Position numbers and translations under genes: made by a program. From positions 1 to 58,409 of the forward strand of contig CAYTYR010000015.1 of the NCBI GenBank assembly GCA_964441745.1: a stretch of 58,409 nucleotides of DNA. The letters are read 5' to 3'. The notes beneath the pieces are model-generated. The model searched no databases. It saw nothing but the letters and a program-made list of their open reading frames with translations, and was not told the DNA's origin. This document shows, in pieces, positions 47,508 through 56,269 of this stretch. Within the stretch, counting starts at the first letter, position 1; the number at the start of each line of letters is the position of its first letter. The stretch comes from an uncultured Clostridia bacterium. GTDB taxonomy: Bacteria; CAYTYR01; UBA6262.

Positions 47508-48364
47508 AATAATCCTTGTCTTAGATTGGCTAAGTTAGCCTTCATCACGTCGATAAAACTTACCCCTTTATCCATTTCTTCCCGGGATAAATTATGGGCA
47601 GCGGAGAGCTGGAGGAGTTGCGCCCCGGTCTCCTGTGACAGGATCTCGGCCACCCGCGGAGAAAGCAGTTCTTCGTAAAAAATATATTTCACTTGATATT
47701 GCCTGATCTTATCGACCAGTTCAGCGAGATTCCGGGGGGTCGGCTCGGCATCAGGGGAGAACCCCTTATAAGCGGAGAGAAACAGCAAATGATACCGTTG
47801 CGCCAGGTAACCAAAAGCAAAATGCCCGCCAAAGATAAGCACCTTGTTCCGGCAGGCGGATAATGTTTGCCGGTATTCAGTATCCAGGGATGCCAGCTTT
47901 TCATTGTATTGCCTGGCGCTAACCAGGTAAAAATCCCGGTTAGCCGGGTCCCTGGCGATCAATGCATCGCGGATGCGGTCAACCATAGCCATGGCTTTGC
48001 TAAAATCCAGCCAGATGTGCGGATCCCTGTCAGCTAAACCGTCGCCGGCTGCCAGTATTACCAGTTTTTTATTATCAACCCCGCTGGTAAATTTTTCTAC
48101 CCACGGCTCCATCAAATTACTGATATAGATAAATATGTCTGCCTTGTTTACCTTAACAACATCGCCGGCAGACGGCTCGTAACTGTGCGCTTCTACCCCG
48201 GCTGGCAGCAGCAGGGTTACGGAAATTTTATCCTGGCCGATCTGGCGCGCAAAATCGTAAATCGGGAACAAGGTTGTAATTACGGCAGGTTTGTTTTCCA
48301 CGGCTTGCAGAATGGGACTAAAGAAGAGCATTAATAAGAATAAGAAAACTATTTTTCTTGGCAT
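47498..48364 (-). CDS. znuA: Zn/Mn ABC transporter substrate-binding protein
   Basis: HSYEP, DPHIWL and HFAFGY motifs. Confidence 0.9.
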   Translation of the reverse strand: MPRKIVFLFLLMLFFSPILQAVENKPAVITTLFPIYDFARQIGQDKISVTLLLPAGVEAHSYEPSAGDVVKVNKADIFIYISNLMEPWVEKFTSGVDNKKLVILAAGDGLADRDPHIWLDFSKAMAMVDRIRDALIARDPANRDFYLVSARQYNEKLASLDTEYRQTLSACRNKVLIFGGHFAFGYLAQRYHLLFLSAYKGFSPDAEPTPRNLAELVDKIRQYQVKYIFYEELLSPRVAEILSQETGAQLLQLSAAHNLSREEMDKGVSFIDVMKANLANLRQGLLCQ

Positions 48365-48376
48365 TTTGGCCCCTGT

Positions 48377-49441
48377 TTAATACCCTAGATCGCTATACAA
48401 GGTGGTAGAGGACTGTAAATACTTGCCCTGGCTGGTTTCACTGATCCAATGCGCTTTAACCACAGCATTATCCTGGATCCGGCAATTACCCCAGCCTCCG
48501 CCCCGGAACATTGGTATCGTTTCCCAGTCCCAGTTGATATAAGAGATGGCTTTTACCTTCTTGGCCGAGACAAAATCAAAGAATGGCTTAAACCAATTAT
48601 CCCAGGAAGATTGGCCGGATAAGGTCCCGATGCCATACGGGGCAGCTTCAGCGATCATCAGCGGCTTATTATGCTGGGCAGCTATAGCGGCAATGTCATT
48701 CATGCGTTCACTGTTAGCTGTGGCAAAAAAAGAGATGCCGATCCAATCTACATAACTATCTCCCGGATACCAAGCGCTGGCAGCAGTTGAATTATCAGAA
48801 GCATAAGAATGCCAGACATAGGCTGCATTAGTCACTCCTTGGGCTCGTAACCGGTCCACTATAAAGCGAAAAGCCGTTATATACTTTACCGGGTCATAAT
48901 CATTATCAGGATAATCAAATTCATAACCTATCCTCAAGAATACCGGACGCTGGCTGGCTTTTATCCAATCGCCAAGTTTGTCAATATTGCTGTTATAAGT
49001 CCCCACCACCACACCATCCAGCGCATTTTTCATATATAAGCCGATCTGGATAGCCAGATCCGGATAATCCGCGAAACTCAGAGGAAAATCAAACGTACCA
49101 CCTTGATTATCACCAGGTATTTTTATCAATTCCATTCTCTGGACCGAAGTATAAAACATTAATCCTCCGGGAGCGCCGATATCTGTTATATACTGGTCAT
49201 GTGCGGCTTCATCCTGGCCGATGATCAGGAGTATTTTCCCGTCCGCTGGCTCATATTTCCCTAACAAAAGAGACCTCGCGGTAGTAGTTGTTTCCTTTGG
49301 GGAGCGCACTTTTTCATCCAGTTCGTTTATTTTGCTATGTACTGCTCCGGTCATACCGAAACCTATTCCCCCGGCCCATACCAGGCCAAATCTCAATTGT
49401 GATCCGACCAAAAGTAAAAATATGAAAGATAGTCTTTTCAT
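48377..49441 (-). CDS. Secreted GH26 glycoside hydrolase (beta-1,3-xylanase/mannanase-like)
   Basis: FLRIGYEFD, WYPGDSYVDWIG and MIAE motifs. Confidence 0.85.
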   Translation of the reverse strand: MKRLSFIFLLLVGSQLRFGLVWAGGIGFGMTGAVHSKINELDEKVRSPKETTTTARSLLLGKYEPADGKILLIIGQDEAAHDQYITDIGAPGGLMFYTSVQRMELIKIPGDNQGGTFDFPLSFADYPDLAIQIGLYMKNALDGVVVGTYNSNIDKLGDWIKASQRPVFLRIGYEFDYPDNDYDPVKYITAFRFIVDRLRAQGVTNAAYVWHSYASDNSTAASAWYPGDSYVDWIGISFFATANSERMNDIAAIAAQHNKPLMIAEAAPYGIGTLSGQSSWDNWFKPFFDFVSAKKVKAISYINWDWETIPMFRGGGWGNCRIQDNAVVKAHWISETSQGKYLQSSTTLYSDLGY

Positions 49442-49452
49442 TCATCCAGCCT

Positions 49453-50001
49453 TTATTCCTCTTCGTCTTCTTCCTCTTCTACTTCTTGCTTTTGCTTTGC
49501 TTTTCCGGTTTTACGGCGGCTGGGCTCTTTTTGGCTGCCAAAATACCAATTAAGCCCAAAATTAACAACATATTCAATACCATCAACACGGAGTGAAGAT
49601 TCTTTGTCTTTTAAGATGATAAAAGCCGGGCCAAAATCAACCTGCAGGGAAAAACGGCTCAATAAAAAGAATTCAATGCCGAGATACAGCTCTTCAGCAA
49701 AGCCATAGCCCTGGCTTTCCTCACCTTTGAAATTGACATAATCCGACTCAACGCCCATAAACAGCACCGTATTACTGTCAGGATTAAAATAGTAATTGCC
49801 CCGTAATCCGCCAATGGTTATATGGTCAGCAAATTGTCCACGTAACTCCAGGCTTAGACAGTCATTAAATAAATACTTGATCCCGGCGCCGGGATAATTC
49901 AAACCCACACCCCAGCGCGGCAATGAATCTTCACCGGCGGCCACAGGAGAGGGAAGCGCTAAAAAAAATAACAGCAATGCTGTCGTCAAAACATATTTCA
50001 T
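49453..50001 (-). CDS. Small putative outer-membrane beta-barrel with basic/acidic tail
   Basis: Signal peptide and about 8 amphipathic strands (GVGLNYPG...FGLNWYF), then a K/R-rich stretch and EEEEDEEE tail. Confidence 0.7.
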   Translation of the reverse strand: MKYVLTTALLLFFLALPSPVAAGEDSLPRWGVGLNYPGAGIKYLFNDCLSLELRGQFADHITIGGLRGNYYFNPDSNTVLFMGVESDYVNFKGEESQGYGFAEELYLGIEFFLLSRFSLQVDFGPAFIILKDKESSLRVDGIEYVVNFGLNWYFGSQKEPSRRKTGKAKQKQEVEEEEDEEE

Positions 50002-50034
50002 CAGTAGGGTCCTGCCTCAGGTCATGTTTATTAA

Positions 50035-50063
50035 ATTTTACTCTTCCCTTAAGACGAAAGCAA
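50035..50063 (-). promoter_or_regulatory. Sigma70-type promoter
   Basis: TTGCTT (50063-50058), 17 nt spacer, TAAAAT (50040-50035). Confidence 0.5.
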
Positions 50064-50069
50064 GAGAAT

Positions 50070-50540
50070 TTAGTATATTCGTTTTTTAGGCAACTGGTCC
50101 CAGTCTATTAATAGCTCCAGGCACTCTTTCCTGGCATAATTCTTGACTATTTTCACTGAACTGCGGCCAACTTTCTTCAGTACGCTATTGCTGATACACA
50201 ATTCGTTAAATCCTCTCTTTTGTACATCATGAATAGTCGTGCCATAATAAATTTTCGCGATCTTCGCCCAGTGGATAGCGGCAAAGCACATCGGGCAAGG
50301 TTCAGTAGTGGAGTATATTTCACAACCACTCAGGTCAATATTTTTTAGTTTTTTAGCTGCCAGCCTGATGGCATTTATCTCTGCATGGCATGTAGAGTCC
50401 CGGTTGAGGACAGTGTTCCGGGTAACTGCTATCACCCGGCCCCTTTTGACAATACAGGCCCCAAAAGGCCCACCTATCATATTCTTCAGATTTTTCCGTG
50501 CTTCGTGAATAGCCAGATGCATAAATTTCCTAGAAGTCAC
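50070..50540 (-). CDS. guaD: Nucleoside/guanine deaminase (CDA fold)
   Basis: GGPFGACI, HAEINAIR and EPCPMC motifs. Confidence 0.85.
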   Translation of the reverse strand: MTSRKFMHLAIHEARKNLKNMIGGPFGACIVKRGRVIAVTRNTVLNRDSTCHAEINAIRLAAKKLKNIDLSGCEIYSTTEPCPMCFAAIHWAKIAKIYYGTTIHDVQKRGFNELCISNSVLKKVGRSSVKIVKNYARKECLELLIDWDQLPKKRIY

Positions 50541-50552
50541 AGCTATTGCTCC

Positions 50553-50708
50553 CTAAATACTAAGTTTAAATAAATTCTAAATTCTAATATCTAAACACTA
50601 AACAAATTCCAAGCACTAAATCCAAATTTCCTAAACATCGGAACAGGTTAGTTTTGAGCATTTGAAATTAGTATTTGTTGAGGATTTCGTGCTTCGAATT
50701 TAGAGCTT
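50553..50708. repeat. AT-rich heptamer-built long palindrome (about 150 bp)
   Basis: Left arm has TAAATTC/TAAACAC/AAGCAC-TAAATCC units. Right arm is the complementary GATTTCGTGCTTCGAATTTAGA. Confidence 0.75.
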
Positions 50709-51006
50709 ATTTCTTTACCATGATCAGCATCATTTTAAACTTCTTGACCGCTTTTAAGGCATGCGGACGGCCAGCCGGCAGTCTGACCAAGTCTCCCTTG
50801 ACTGCTCGTTGCGGTTTGCCCGCGATAGTTATTTCCGCTTCCCCGTCAACCAGATAAACCAGGGCCTCGAACGGCGCGGTATGCTCGCTTAAACCTTGCC
50901 CCTGATCGAATGAAAAAAGGGTCACGGTCCCGGTGTCTTTTTTAACTACGGTGCGGCTGACCACCGCCCCTTTTTGGTAGGCGACCATCTTATTTAGTTG
51001 CACCAT
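50707..51006 (-). CDS. Cupin domain protein
   Basis: FDQGQGLSEHTAP and PAGRPHAL motifs. ATG at 51006 follows AAGGAG. Confidence 0.9.
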   Translation of the reverse strand: MVQLNKMVAYQKGAVVSRTVVKKDTGTVTLFSFDQGQGLSEHTAPFEALVYLVDGEAEITIAGKPQRAVKGDLVRLPAGRPHALKAVKKFKMMLIMVKK

Positions 51007-51014
51007 AATCTCCT

Positions 51015-52490
51015 TTATCTTGCCCAGTGCAGGCTGCGCCGGACTGCTTCCTGCCATTTTAGATAATACTCAGCCGCGAGTTTTTCTTCCAACTGTGGTT
51101 TAAACACCCGGTCCTGGCTGACAATTTTATTAAACTCTTCCTTGCTCCAGAATTTCGCGCTGAGGCCACTCACCCCTGCGGCGCCCAGTGCGGTAGTTTC
51201 ATTCATTGTGGTCCGCTCGATAGCGATCCTGGCAATATCTGCCTGGAACTGTAAGAGAAAATTATTGGCTGCGGCTCCTCCATCCACCCTTAAAACGGTC
51301 AGTGGTTGTTTTCTGCTCTGCTGCATTTCATCTACCACTTCCCGTACCTGGTAAGCCATAGCTTCCAAAGCTGCCCGGGCAATATTAGCCCTGGTTGTTT
51401 TTCTGGTCAAACCAATAATCATCCCGCGGGCCTGCGGATCCCAATACGGCGCACCCAAACCTTGTAAGGCCGGCACAAAATATATCCCCTCATTATTCTT
51501 AAGCGAAACAGCTATTTGTTCGCTATCGCTAGCCTGGTCAATGATCTTTAGTCCATCCCGCAGCCACTGCAACGCCGCCCCGCCTACAAAAACACTGCCT
51601 TCCAAAGCGTAATTTACTTCTCCGCCTATTTTCCAGGCTACGGTAGTCACTAGTCGTTCTGAGCGGCAGAGTTCTTTTAAAGTATTAGCCATAGCAAAAA
51701 TTCCCGTGCCATATGTAACCTTAGCCAGGTCCTGATCCCAGCCGCATTGGGCTAACAGAGCCGCTTGCTGGTCGCCTAAAATCCCGGTGATGGGGATCTC
51801 CCGTCCGCTAAACTTTTTATCCAATAACCCGAAAATAGCATCAGAATCCTTTACCTCCGGCAATATTGCTGCCGGTATAGCAAATATCTTCAATAATTCC
51901 TGGTCAAAACACAGCTGGTTAATATCAAAAAGCATGGTCCGGGAAGCATTGCTGGGATCAGTAGCATGGACTTTGCCCCCGGTCAGGTTCCACAGGAGCC
52001 ATGTATCAGGAGTGCCAAAGATTATCTCGCCGCTATTGATTTTTTCTTTAACTCCGGGTATTTGCTCAATCAACCAGGCAATTTTAGTAGCGGAAAAATA
52101 AGGGTCCAGAAATAAACCGGTTTTTTGCTTAATCAGGTCTTGATGCGCGGATAGCTGCCGGCACATTTTTTCTGTCCGCCGGTCCTGCCAGACAATAGCA
52201 TTATAAACCGGTTGGCCGGTGTTCTTGTCCCAGAGGATAGAAGTTTCCCGCTGGTTAGTAATGCCGATACTCTCAATATTATTTATCCCGACAACGGCGA
52301 CTACCTCCTGCCAGGCCTGCAAAGCAGTCTGGAGAATAGCCTGAGGATCATGTTCTACCCAGCCAGCCTGTGGAAAGATTTGCGGGAATTCATAGTAGAA
52401 TTTAGCCGCAACCGTACCCTCCCGCGTAAAAGCCATCACCCGGTTTCCAGTCGTTCCCAGATCAAAAGCAACAATAACTTTACCTGCCAT
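51015..52490 (-). CDS. glpK: Glycerol kinase
   Basis: DLGTTG, GITNQRET, WQDRRT, GDQQAAL, YALEGS and GLGAPYWD motifs. Confidence 0.96.
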   Translation of the reverse strand: MAGKVIVAFDLGTTGNRVMAFTREGTVAAKFYYEFPQIFPQAGWVEHDPQAILQTALQAWQEVVAVVGINNIESIGITNQRETSILWDKNTGQPVYNAIVWQDRRTEKMCRQLSAHQDLIKQKTGLFLDPYFSATKIAWLIEQIPGVKEKINSGEIIFGTPDTWLLWNLTGGKVHATDPSNASRTMLFDINQLCFDQELLKIFAIPAAILPEVKDSDAIFGLLDKKFSGREIPITGILGDQQAALLAQCGWDQDLAKVTYGTGIFAMANTLKELCRSERLVTTVAWKIGGEVNYALEGSVFVGGAALQWLRDGLKIIDQASDSEQIAVSLKNNEGIYFVPALQGLGAPYWDPQARGMIIGLTRKTTRANIARAALEAMAYQVREVVDEMQQSRKQPLTVLRVDGGAAANNFLLQFQADIARIAIERTTMNETTALGAAGVSGLSAKFWSKEEFNKIVSQDRVFKPQLEEKLAAEYYLKWQEAVRRSLHWAR

Positions 52491-52503
52491 TTTCCTACCC
52501 GAT

Positions 52504-52540
52504 AAAAAAACGGCTACGCCGCAAGCGGCATAACCGTTTT
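52504..52540 (-). terminator. Intrinsic terminator after the PilZ gene
   Basis: Minus strand reads AAAACGGUUAUGCCG-CUUG-CGGCGUAGCCG followed by U7. Confidence 0.85.
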
Positions 52541-52552
52541 AAATAAATTTTC

Positions 52553-52975
52553 CTACTTCTTATCATCACTGCCTGGGAAATCCTTAGCATATTTAGCGAT
52601 CCATTCCTCAGCTGCTTCCCGGCCATCCAGTATGCGTCCCTCGCGCTCAGCTATTTCCTTCTTGTAATGTTGGATATGGCAAACCTGTTCCACCATTCTG
52701 GTACGGAAGGCTTCTTTTTCTTCATTAAAAGCGACTCCGATATCAAACTGCTCACCCTTTTTTTTACACCACACGACCAGGGCTTTAGTCTCAAAAGGAG
52801 GCCGGCTGACCGGTATCTTGATATCGATCAAGGTCCCCTTTTCTACAAAATGGTCAGCCTGCAGGGAGAGGCCGCCGGCGCTGATATTATTCAGCTTCTG
52901 CTCGCGCGGGGAAACCAGGGCCAAGTGATGTATCTCTATCGGAATATCTGAAGGATGCCTGATGAACTTTCTCAT
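52553..52975 (-). CDS. PilZ domain c-di-GMP receptor
   Basis: RKFIR (RxxxR) and NISAGG (D/NxSxxG) motifs, plus VVWC. Confidence 0.9.
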   Translation of the reverse strand: MRKFIRHPSDIPIEIHHLALVSPREQKLNNISAGGLSLQADHFVEKGTLIDIKIPVSRPPFETKALVVWCKKKGEQFDIGVAFNEEKEAFRTRMVEQVCHIQHYKKEIAEREGRILDGREAAEEWIAKYAKDFPGSDDKK

Positions 52976-52977
52976 AA

Positions 52978-54015
52978 TTAACCGTTTTTCCAACCGCTGC
53001 GCCGGCGTTTCCCTACCACGATCAGGACCGCGATCACGCCAAAAATAATGCTCGCTTGCGACAGGGCCAATCCCGCTTCCAGGGCAGAATCATTGCTGAC
53101 CATAATAGCGCTGATCCCCAGGGAAAAAGTCATAAAATAAATAAACATCACTGCGCCTGAACGGCGTAATCCCAGGTCCACCAGATAATGATGGAAATGA
53201 TCTTTGCCGCCATACTTTAACCACTCGATAATGGTGGCTACTTTTTCTTCTTTGATCCTCATTATAGTCGTAAAGATCATATCGAAGATCGGCACTCCCA
53301 GGATCAGGATCGGGATAGATAATTTGACCACATTGTTGGAGGCCCAATCCCCAGCCAGGGTAAAACAAGCCAGCATAAATCCCAGGAAAGTACTACCGGC
53401 ATCCCCCAGGAATATTTTGGCCCGCTTATAATTATTATAAGGCAGGAACCCGATACAAGCAGCCATTAAGGTAATAACCATTAGCTCCAAAGCATATTGT
53501 TTGGTACTGTTCAGGATGCTCCAGAGGCAAAAAAGGTTAATTACCGCAGAACCAGCGGCTAAACCATTTAAGCCATCTAAATAATTAAAAGCATTGGTCA
53601 CTCCAATTATCCAGACCAAGGTAATTAATACTTCTATCGGATCTTTCCAAAATCCAAAAGGCACAAAACTGACCCGGAACCCATAATATATAACAACGAG
53701 TGCCGCTAGTAGTTGGCAGAACATGCGGACCTGGGCACTTAACCCTTTGACATCATCAACAACGCCGACTACTAAAATCAAACTAGCGCTGACAAAGATC
53801 GGCAGGTACATGGTCAGGGAATTAAACCTGATCAAGATCCCGGCCAATACTCCGATGTAGATAGCCAGGCCCCCTAAAAGAGGTGTGGCCTGATCGTGTA
53901 GTTTTCGGCCGCCAGGTAAATCTACTATACCCAATTGCACAGCGAGCTTGCGGATGATGGGAGTAATAACTGCTACCAGCAGGGCAATAATACAAAATAA
54001 TAAGGGGATTCTCAT
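52978..54015 (-). CDS. WecA/TagO-like (MraY family) undecaprenyl-phosphate HexNAc-1-P transferase
   Basis: RKLH..TPLLGG, GVVDD, NAFNYLDGLNGL, FLGDAGS and DHFHH motifs. Confidence 0.92.
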   Translation of the reverse strand: MRIPLLFCIIALLVAVITPIIRKLAVQLGIVDLPGGRKLHDQATPLLGGLAIYIGVLAGILIRFNSLTMYLPIFVSASLILVVGVVDDVKGLSAQVRMFCQLLAALVVIYYGFRVSFVPFGFWKDPIEVLITLVWIIGVTNAFNYLDGLNGLAAGSAVINLFCLWSILNSTKQYALELMVITLMAACIGFLPYNNYKRAKIFLGDAGSTFLGFMLACFTLAGDWASNNVVKLSIPILILGVPIFDMIFTTIMRIKEEKVATIIEWLKYGGKDHFHHYLVDLGLRRSGAVMFIYFMTFSLGISAIMVSNDSALEAGLALSQASIIFGVIAVLIVVGKRRRSGWKNG

Positions 54016-54018
54016 AGT

Positions 54019-54636
54019 CTATTTTATCTCCCGCAATACCCGCAGGGCCTTAAACCCTTCGGCATATTTAACCCTTCCTTGAAAACCGCGGAAATTGGCG
54101 CAGGATTGGGCGATCTCCACTATATTTAGGTTTTCTACCCGGGTTTTATGAGTCTGGGAAATATGGGTTTTTAGTAACTCTGCTTTTTTCTCCAGGACAT
54201 CCCCGATATCTATAAAAATATCCGGATCAAAATCCTGCGTAGTCGGCACTTCATAAAACAATACTTCCTTAATATACCGGGTAGCCGATATACCAGCCTG
54301 GGCTACAGCCCGGTGATCCTGGTGGACATCGCTGTTATTGTTCAAAAATACTATATCCGGGGCAACTTTTCTAACCACCCCTTCTATTTTCAGGATCAGG
54401 GAAAGATTATCTACCAATTGGGTGTCTTCAAATCCGCCCCAAAAAAGATCTTTAGCCCCGATAAATTTGGCGGCAGCTTCCTGCTCTTTTTGCCGCACAT
54501 CCGGGCTCCCGCCAACCTCTCCCGTAGTCAACACTAATAAGTATATATTATGCCCGGCCTGAGCATATTTTATCAGACTCCCGCCGCAGCCGATCTCAAT
54601 ATCATCCGGATGCGCGCCAATTGCTAAAATATTCAT
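54019..54636 (-). CDS. PIG-L/LmbE family deacetylase
   Basis: AHPDDIEIGCGG and HQDH motifs. Confidence 0.93.
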   Translation of the reverse strand: MNILAIGAHPDDIEIGCGGSLIKYAQAGHNIYLLVLTTGEVGGSPDVRQKEQEAAAKFIGAKDLFWGGFEDTQLVDNLSLILKIEGVVRKVAPDIVFLNNNSDVHQDHRAVAQAGISATRYIKEVLFYEVPTTQDFDPDIFIDIGDVLEKKAELLKTHISQTHKTRVENLNIVEIAQSCANFRGFQGRVKYAEGFKALRVLREIK

Positions 54637-54671
54637 CTCTGCTACCTCTTTGGCAAAATGATTTTGTCTTT

Positions 54672-54735
54672 AATCTGTGTAATCTCTATCCGAAATCTGC
54701 GTAATCAAGACATCCGAAGATTTATTAGGATGTCT
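54672..54735. repeat. Dispersed element copy D
   Basis: AATCTGTGTAATC at 54672 and AATCTGCGTAATC at 54694 (22 nt period). Hairpin AGACATCC/GGATGTCT. Confidence 0.8.
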
Positions 54736-54738
54736 GAT

Positions 54739-55554
54739 TTAGCCTTCCAGGTCCTTAGCTACATCCCGGATTATATCTTCGCCGATGACCGGCACTTCTT
54801 TGCCAAATCCGGAAAACAGCGACAGGTCGCAGATATTATTTATCCGCCGGGGGATACCGCCGGACCTTTCATAGATCAGCTTATACGCTTCATCGGTAAA
54901 AGCCGGCTCCTGCCGGTTGGACACGGACAGTCGATGTAAAATATATTTTTTTGTTTCTTCTTCATTCAGGTTCTCCAAATGGCATTTAACCGCGATCCGC
55001 TGGGAAAATTGCTTGTTGCTGTCGATTAGTTCCTTCAATTCCGGCTGGCCCAGGATCAGCAGGGTCAGTAAGAATTTGTTCTCTGCCTGGAAATTCAGGA
55101 TCAGCCTTAATTCTTCCCATACTTGGCGGTCCTGGATCACATGAGCTTCATCGATCAACACCACGGTTTTTTTGCCATCCCGCATGTTATTCTCTAAAAT
55201 TTCTCCCAGCCTTTCCAGGATAACATTGACTAAGACATCTGATTTTTTCTGGGGCAGGTCCTTGCCACCCAGGTTATAGACAATATACATTAAAAGTTCT
55301 TCATAATTTAAATACGGGTTGGAAATAAACGCCGTCCGGTAAATATCATTACTCAATTCACGGAACAAGGTCCGGCCGATCAGTGTTTTGCCACAGCCAA
55401 AAACTCCGGAGAGCAAACCTGCACCCTTGCCTTCCCTGACTACATAAAGAAGACGGGAAAGACTTTCTTCGTGCTGGGGTGAATAATAAATAAACCGCGG
55501 GTCAGGAGTATTTTCAAAAGGTTTTTCCGTTAATTTCCAGTATTCATTATACAT
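54739..55554 (-). CDS. ExeA/MshM-like AAA ATPase
   Basis: MYNEYWKL..KPF..TPDP, GVFGCGKT, IDEAH, LGQPEL and SGGIPRRIN motifs. Confidence 0.92.
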   Translation of the reverse strand: MYNEYWKLTEKPFENTPDPRFIYYSPQHEESLSRLLYVVREGKGAGLLSGVFGCGKTLIGRTLFRELSNDIYRTAFISNPYLNYEELLMYIVYNLGGKDLPQKKSDVLVNVILERLGEILENNMRDGKKTVVLIDEAHVIQDRQVWEELRLILNFQAENKFLLTLLILGQPELKELIDSNKQFSQRIAVKCHLENLNEEETKKYILHRLSVSNRQEPAFTDEAYKLIYERSGGIPRRINNICDLSLFSGFGKEVPVIGEDIIRDVAKDLEG

Positions 55555-56254
55555 CGCTATTCTCACTTTTTAGAATCTGCCGGCTGTTTTCGCCTTCATT
55601 AAATAAAAGATCAATGGCGGCCATATTAGGCATAAACTCGTCTGGCTTCGCCGCATAGACCTGCTGGTACCGGGGATGTGTAAACCGCTGATATTCCAGT
55701 TTTATACCAGCCTGCCTGAACTTTTCCTCTTCCAGGTAATCTTTGCCGCCTGTACCTGACAGGTATGTATCAGCTTTCAGGGCCAGGCATAGTTCGATGA
55801 TCCGTTCGGTGCTCAAGGACGTTGTGCCGATGTTTGATTCGAGTTTGACCGGAGTAGTGATCTTAAACTGCTCCAGCAGGTACCAGGTCAGCTTTATATT
55901 CAGGTCCGCCAGTTTTTTCCAGTGAGTAGTATAAATCTCTTCTAAAAATTGGCGGTGCTCTTTAAAAAAAGGAGCCCGGTTATAGCATTTCTCTAAACTA
56001 GCCAGGTGCTTCTTGGCCCAATCACTGCTGTTATCCACTTCCACGTCACTGATGCGCTGGCGGCCCAACCCGGTACTTTTGACCGGGACCGTCAGCCACA
56101 GACACCCTTCTTTGGTGCGGATCTGATTGCGGTTCTGGTATTCCCGTGCTTTATATTGCACCTGGTCCAGGTAGACAAAACAGTCACTCTGCCGGATCTT
56201 GTCGAAAAAACCAAGCCAGGGCAGATATTGAGGCTGATGTACTGATAGGGTCAT
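55547..56254 (-). CDS. WbqC-like family protein
   Basis: HQPQYLPWLGFF, NRNQI, YLSGTGG and IDLLFN motifs. Alternative start at 56266. Confidence 0.92.
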   Translation of the reverse strand: MTLSVHQPQYLPWLGFFDKIRQSDCFVYLDQVQYKAREYQNRNQIRTKEGCLWLTVPVKSTGLGRQRISDVEVDNSSDWAKKHLASLEKCYNRAPFFKEHRQFLEEIYTTHWKKLADLNIKLTWYLLEQFKITTPVKLESNIGTTSLSTERIIELCLALKADTYLSGTGGKDYLEEEKFRQAGIKLEYQRFTHPRYQQVYAAKPDEFMPNMAAIDLLFNEGENSRQILKSENSDV

Positions 56255-56269
56255 GGTATTTTTCAATTT

